A program made the translations under genes and the position numbers. DNA of 64,000 bases from Eledone cirrhosa (taxonomy: Eukaryota), in the NCBI GenBank assembly GCA_964016885.1, contig OZ024749.1, positions 31,310,001-31,374,000 of the forward strand. Direction: 5' to 3'. This document shows positions 61,217 through 64,000 of this stretch, piece by piece (the first letter of the stretch is position 1; each line of letters begins with the position of its first letter). The notes beneath the pieces are model-generated. The model saw only the letters and a list, made by a program, of their open reading frames with translations. It was not told the origin of the DNA and made no database searches.

Positions 61217-61723
61217 TCAATCCGGAGCTTTGTAGTTATGCAAGAGGTGTTTTGAGACGTGTGGACAACGTGTGAAGAATCCATTTCTCGTGTTTAGGGA
61301 ATCACTATTGCATAATCTCTTTAGAATATTTATTCGTTCATCAATACATAGTCCACACGACGGATTTCCCCTTGCGTATGGTTTGGACTTAATGATGGCT
61401 TTCCATTGAATAGAGTAGTCTATACTTGAGTCCTTGAGGGACCATACCTGGCTGGCGAGTTTCGTGGATGAACGTCTGTCCGACTACCTAAAGGTCAACT
61501 GGTGGTTCAGGAAACGTTCCTTAAATCGGCCCTCCGCCATACCCACATATGATTTGACCTGCTGTGGTTCGTTTGGTCGGTTGGAAGTGACCACAGCTTC
61601 ATAGATTACAGCTGGTGTGTTGCATTGCTGTTGAAGGGTGCAAGCTTCGGGCTTACGGCAAGAGCACCCTGATAGGGTGTTGCTCCTAGGGCTGGTGGTG
61701 ATGTGGGCCTTGATGTTCTTCAT
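61217..61723 (-). pseudogene. Penelope-like (Neptune-type) retroelement C-terminus: Cys-rich linker plus GIY-YIG endonuclease, 5'-truncated, one in-frame stop
   Basis: ORF 61484-61723 reads CSCRKPEACTLQQQC..VIYEAVV..KSYVGMAEGRFKERFLNH. Reading through the TAG at 61484-86 the same frame continues STKLASQVWSLKDSSIDYSIQWKAIIKSKPYARGNPSCGLCIDERINI..LNTRNGFFTRCPH to TGA at 61217. This matches the PLE GIY-YIG motif series (VIY..YVG..R..H..CxLC..E..LN..CxH), with the Cys linker typical of Neptune. Confidence 0.9.
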
Positions 61724-62050
61724 GTAAACTTGGCCAGATTACAGAACTAAACAATATATGTTAAAACCAAACAAGATTTGAACTCAGAATTTCAACGAAT
61801 GCTCTAGCAATTTGGCAAAGTCGCAACCATAACTATGTAATTTGCATATAAAACAGCAATACAATGAAATGATCATAAAGTTTTGTGAGCAAATGGATCA
61901 CATGGGCGACTTTTTCTCTTTTAATATGTTATCTATTTTAATTATATTTATTCCTGTTAGAACTTAAGCAAAATAATCTTTGTGGAAGCGAAATAATCTT
62001 TCTTGAATTTACATTTGCTTTAATTATAATTGAAGAAGCAAACACATTCC

Positions 62051-62147
<97 letters not shown>

Positions 62148-63052
62148 GTATATATATATGTATATGTATATATATATGTATATATATACATGCATATAGA
62201 CATATATGAGTGTGCGTGTGTGCGAGTGTGTGAGTGTGTTCGTATGGTTTTAACTATGATTAAACAAATGAAGTCACGTATATATGTATGTATGCGTGTG
62301 TATATGCATGTCTGTCCATGTATATACGTATATACCTGTGTATATATATATATATATATATGCTTGTATATATTTATAAATATACATGAGAATATACATA
62401 AATATACACATATGTATATTAGCCGCATACATCCATACATACATACATGCACAATTCTAATATGGCGGCTTTTAATTTGATATGCAATGCTGCAAAAATA
62501 TAATCATTGTCTGATTTGTTGGATATAGAGGGGTCAGACGTCACATGGTTAGCATATCAGAATCCTGATTGTTGCTAATATTAAATCACACAGTACATGT
62601 TCCCGTACCGTCCATGAATTTAACATTTCACAAACGACAATACATGTTGCCGTGCCGGTAGTGGTGGTGGTGATGGTGGAGATGGAGATGGTGTTATTGT
62701 TGTTGTTATTCATTAGTCCCATGTAAGGCCCTTATTAATGGGATCTATCATCAAAACAATCCCAAGCCTCATCGAATCCTGTATCACTAGGCAGTGAGTT
62801 AGCCAAACTGGCATTTCTAACTTTTTTTTTAGTTTTGAGTCCTCCGTTCAAATCCCACCAAAGTCTGGTTGTTCTATGCTCAAATCCATCTGTGATCAAC
62901 CTTGCTTTTCAGTGATCCGTGGTTATTAGAATACATTGCAATAGAATTTTATTAACAAACACATTGGAGTCCATTTAAATGTGTGTATATATATTATATA
63001 TATATATATATTTATATATATGTTTGTGTGTGTGTGTGTGTGCGTGTATCTA

Positions 63053-63083
<31 letters not shown>

Positions 63084-63085
63084 AG

Positions 63086-63126
<41 letters not shown>

Positions 63127-63129
63127 TTA

Positions 63130-63200
<71 letters not shown>

Positions 63201-63268
63201 AATATATATATATATATATATGTATATAATATATATATATATATATGTATATAAAATATATATATATG

Positions 63269-63313
<45 letters not shown>

Positions 63314-63317
63314 ATAT

Positions 63318-63750
63318 ACGATATTAAACAAATGGAAACTATATTTATATTTATAAAACCATATTTATTTCGTTATATATATTTCTGGGATATCATATTA
63401 AAAATATGTTATGCCTTCCTCAGACAAAATACAATACATAAGCTGTTTTATAAATAATTAGTGACATACCTTGTGATAATGCAACTTCCTTTTAAAAAGT
63501 TGATTTGGTACCAAATCAACTTTTTAAAAGGAAGTTGATTTGGTACCAAATCAACTTTTTAAAATCAACTTTTTAAAAGGAAGTTGCATTATCACAAGGT
63601 ATGTCACTAATTATTTATAAAACAGCTTATGTATTGTATTTTGTCTGAGGAAGGCATAACATATTTTTAATATGATATCCCAGAAATATATATAACGAAA
63701 TAAATATGGTTTTATAAATATAAATATAGTTTCCATTTGTTTAATATCGT
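63318..63750. repeat. DNA palindrome, ~190-bp arms, reiterated centre
   Basis: Arms 63318-63506 and 63562-63750; gttgatttggtaccaaatcaac occurs twice in the centre. Confidence 0.95.
63637..63702 (+). ncRNA. Type I hammerhead ribozyme (mirror copy 63366-63431 on - strand)
   Basis: tattttgt CTGAGGA(63645-51), imperfect stem II, GAAA(63683-86) tatata TA^ acgaaata. Confidence 0.8.
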
Positions 63751-63836
63751 AAACCTACTCCAGAAACTGTTGAGTGCTTTTATATCAGTTATAAAATATT
63801 TACTCGTTGTAACCCAACAATCTTAAATAAAACTGT

Positions 63837-63930
<94 letters not shown>

Positions 63931-64000
63931 TATATATATATTCAATATTAACAATATTAAATATTAAATAAATGGAAAACTATATTTATAAAACCATATT

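Overview
Eukaryotic, very AT-rich, repeat-dense DNA. The extreme (TA)n load and the SINE types suggest a coleoid cephalopod such as Octopus (inference). Almost every ORF in the supplied track is translated microsatellite or satellite. Ordinary content: about 30 copies of a tRNA-derived SINE, a second SINE type, RTE-LINE fragments, hAT and Tigger-like MITEs, two copies of a Helitron-like element, several satellites, and 2-3 candidate minus-strand exons. The main discovery is a Penelope-like (PLE) system embedded in the (TA)n tracts. It has four parts: (i) a Neptune-type GIY-YIG endonuclease remnant at 61217-61723 (-) followed by a hammerhead ribozyme; (ii) six more TA-associated loci with type I hammerheads read base by base (4.9, 8.9, 29.0, 30.1, 52.1 and 63.7 kb), four of them inside 200-430 bp DNA palindromes that place a ribozyme copy on each strand; (iii) a nine-copy ~200 bp family whose terminal palindrome is centred next to a hammerhead 3' half; (iv) a shared two-hairpin 3' tail (ACTC...YGAGTRCT plus a small hairpin) on more than 10 otherwise unrelated inserts, a candidate trans-mobilisation signal. 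All pairings were derived by eye; no folding, alignment or database search was run, and many boundaries are approximate.
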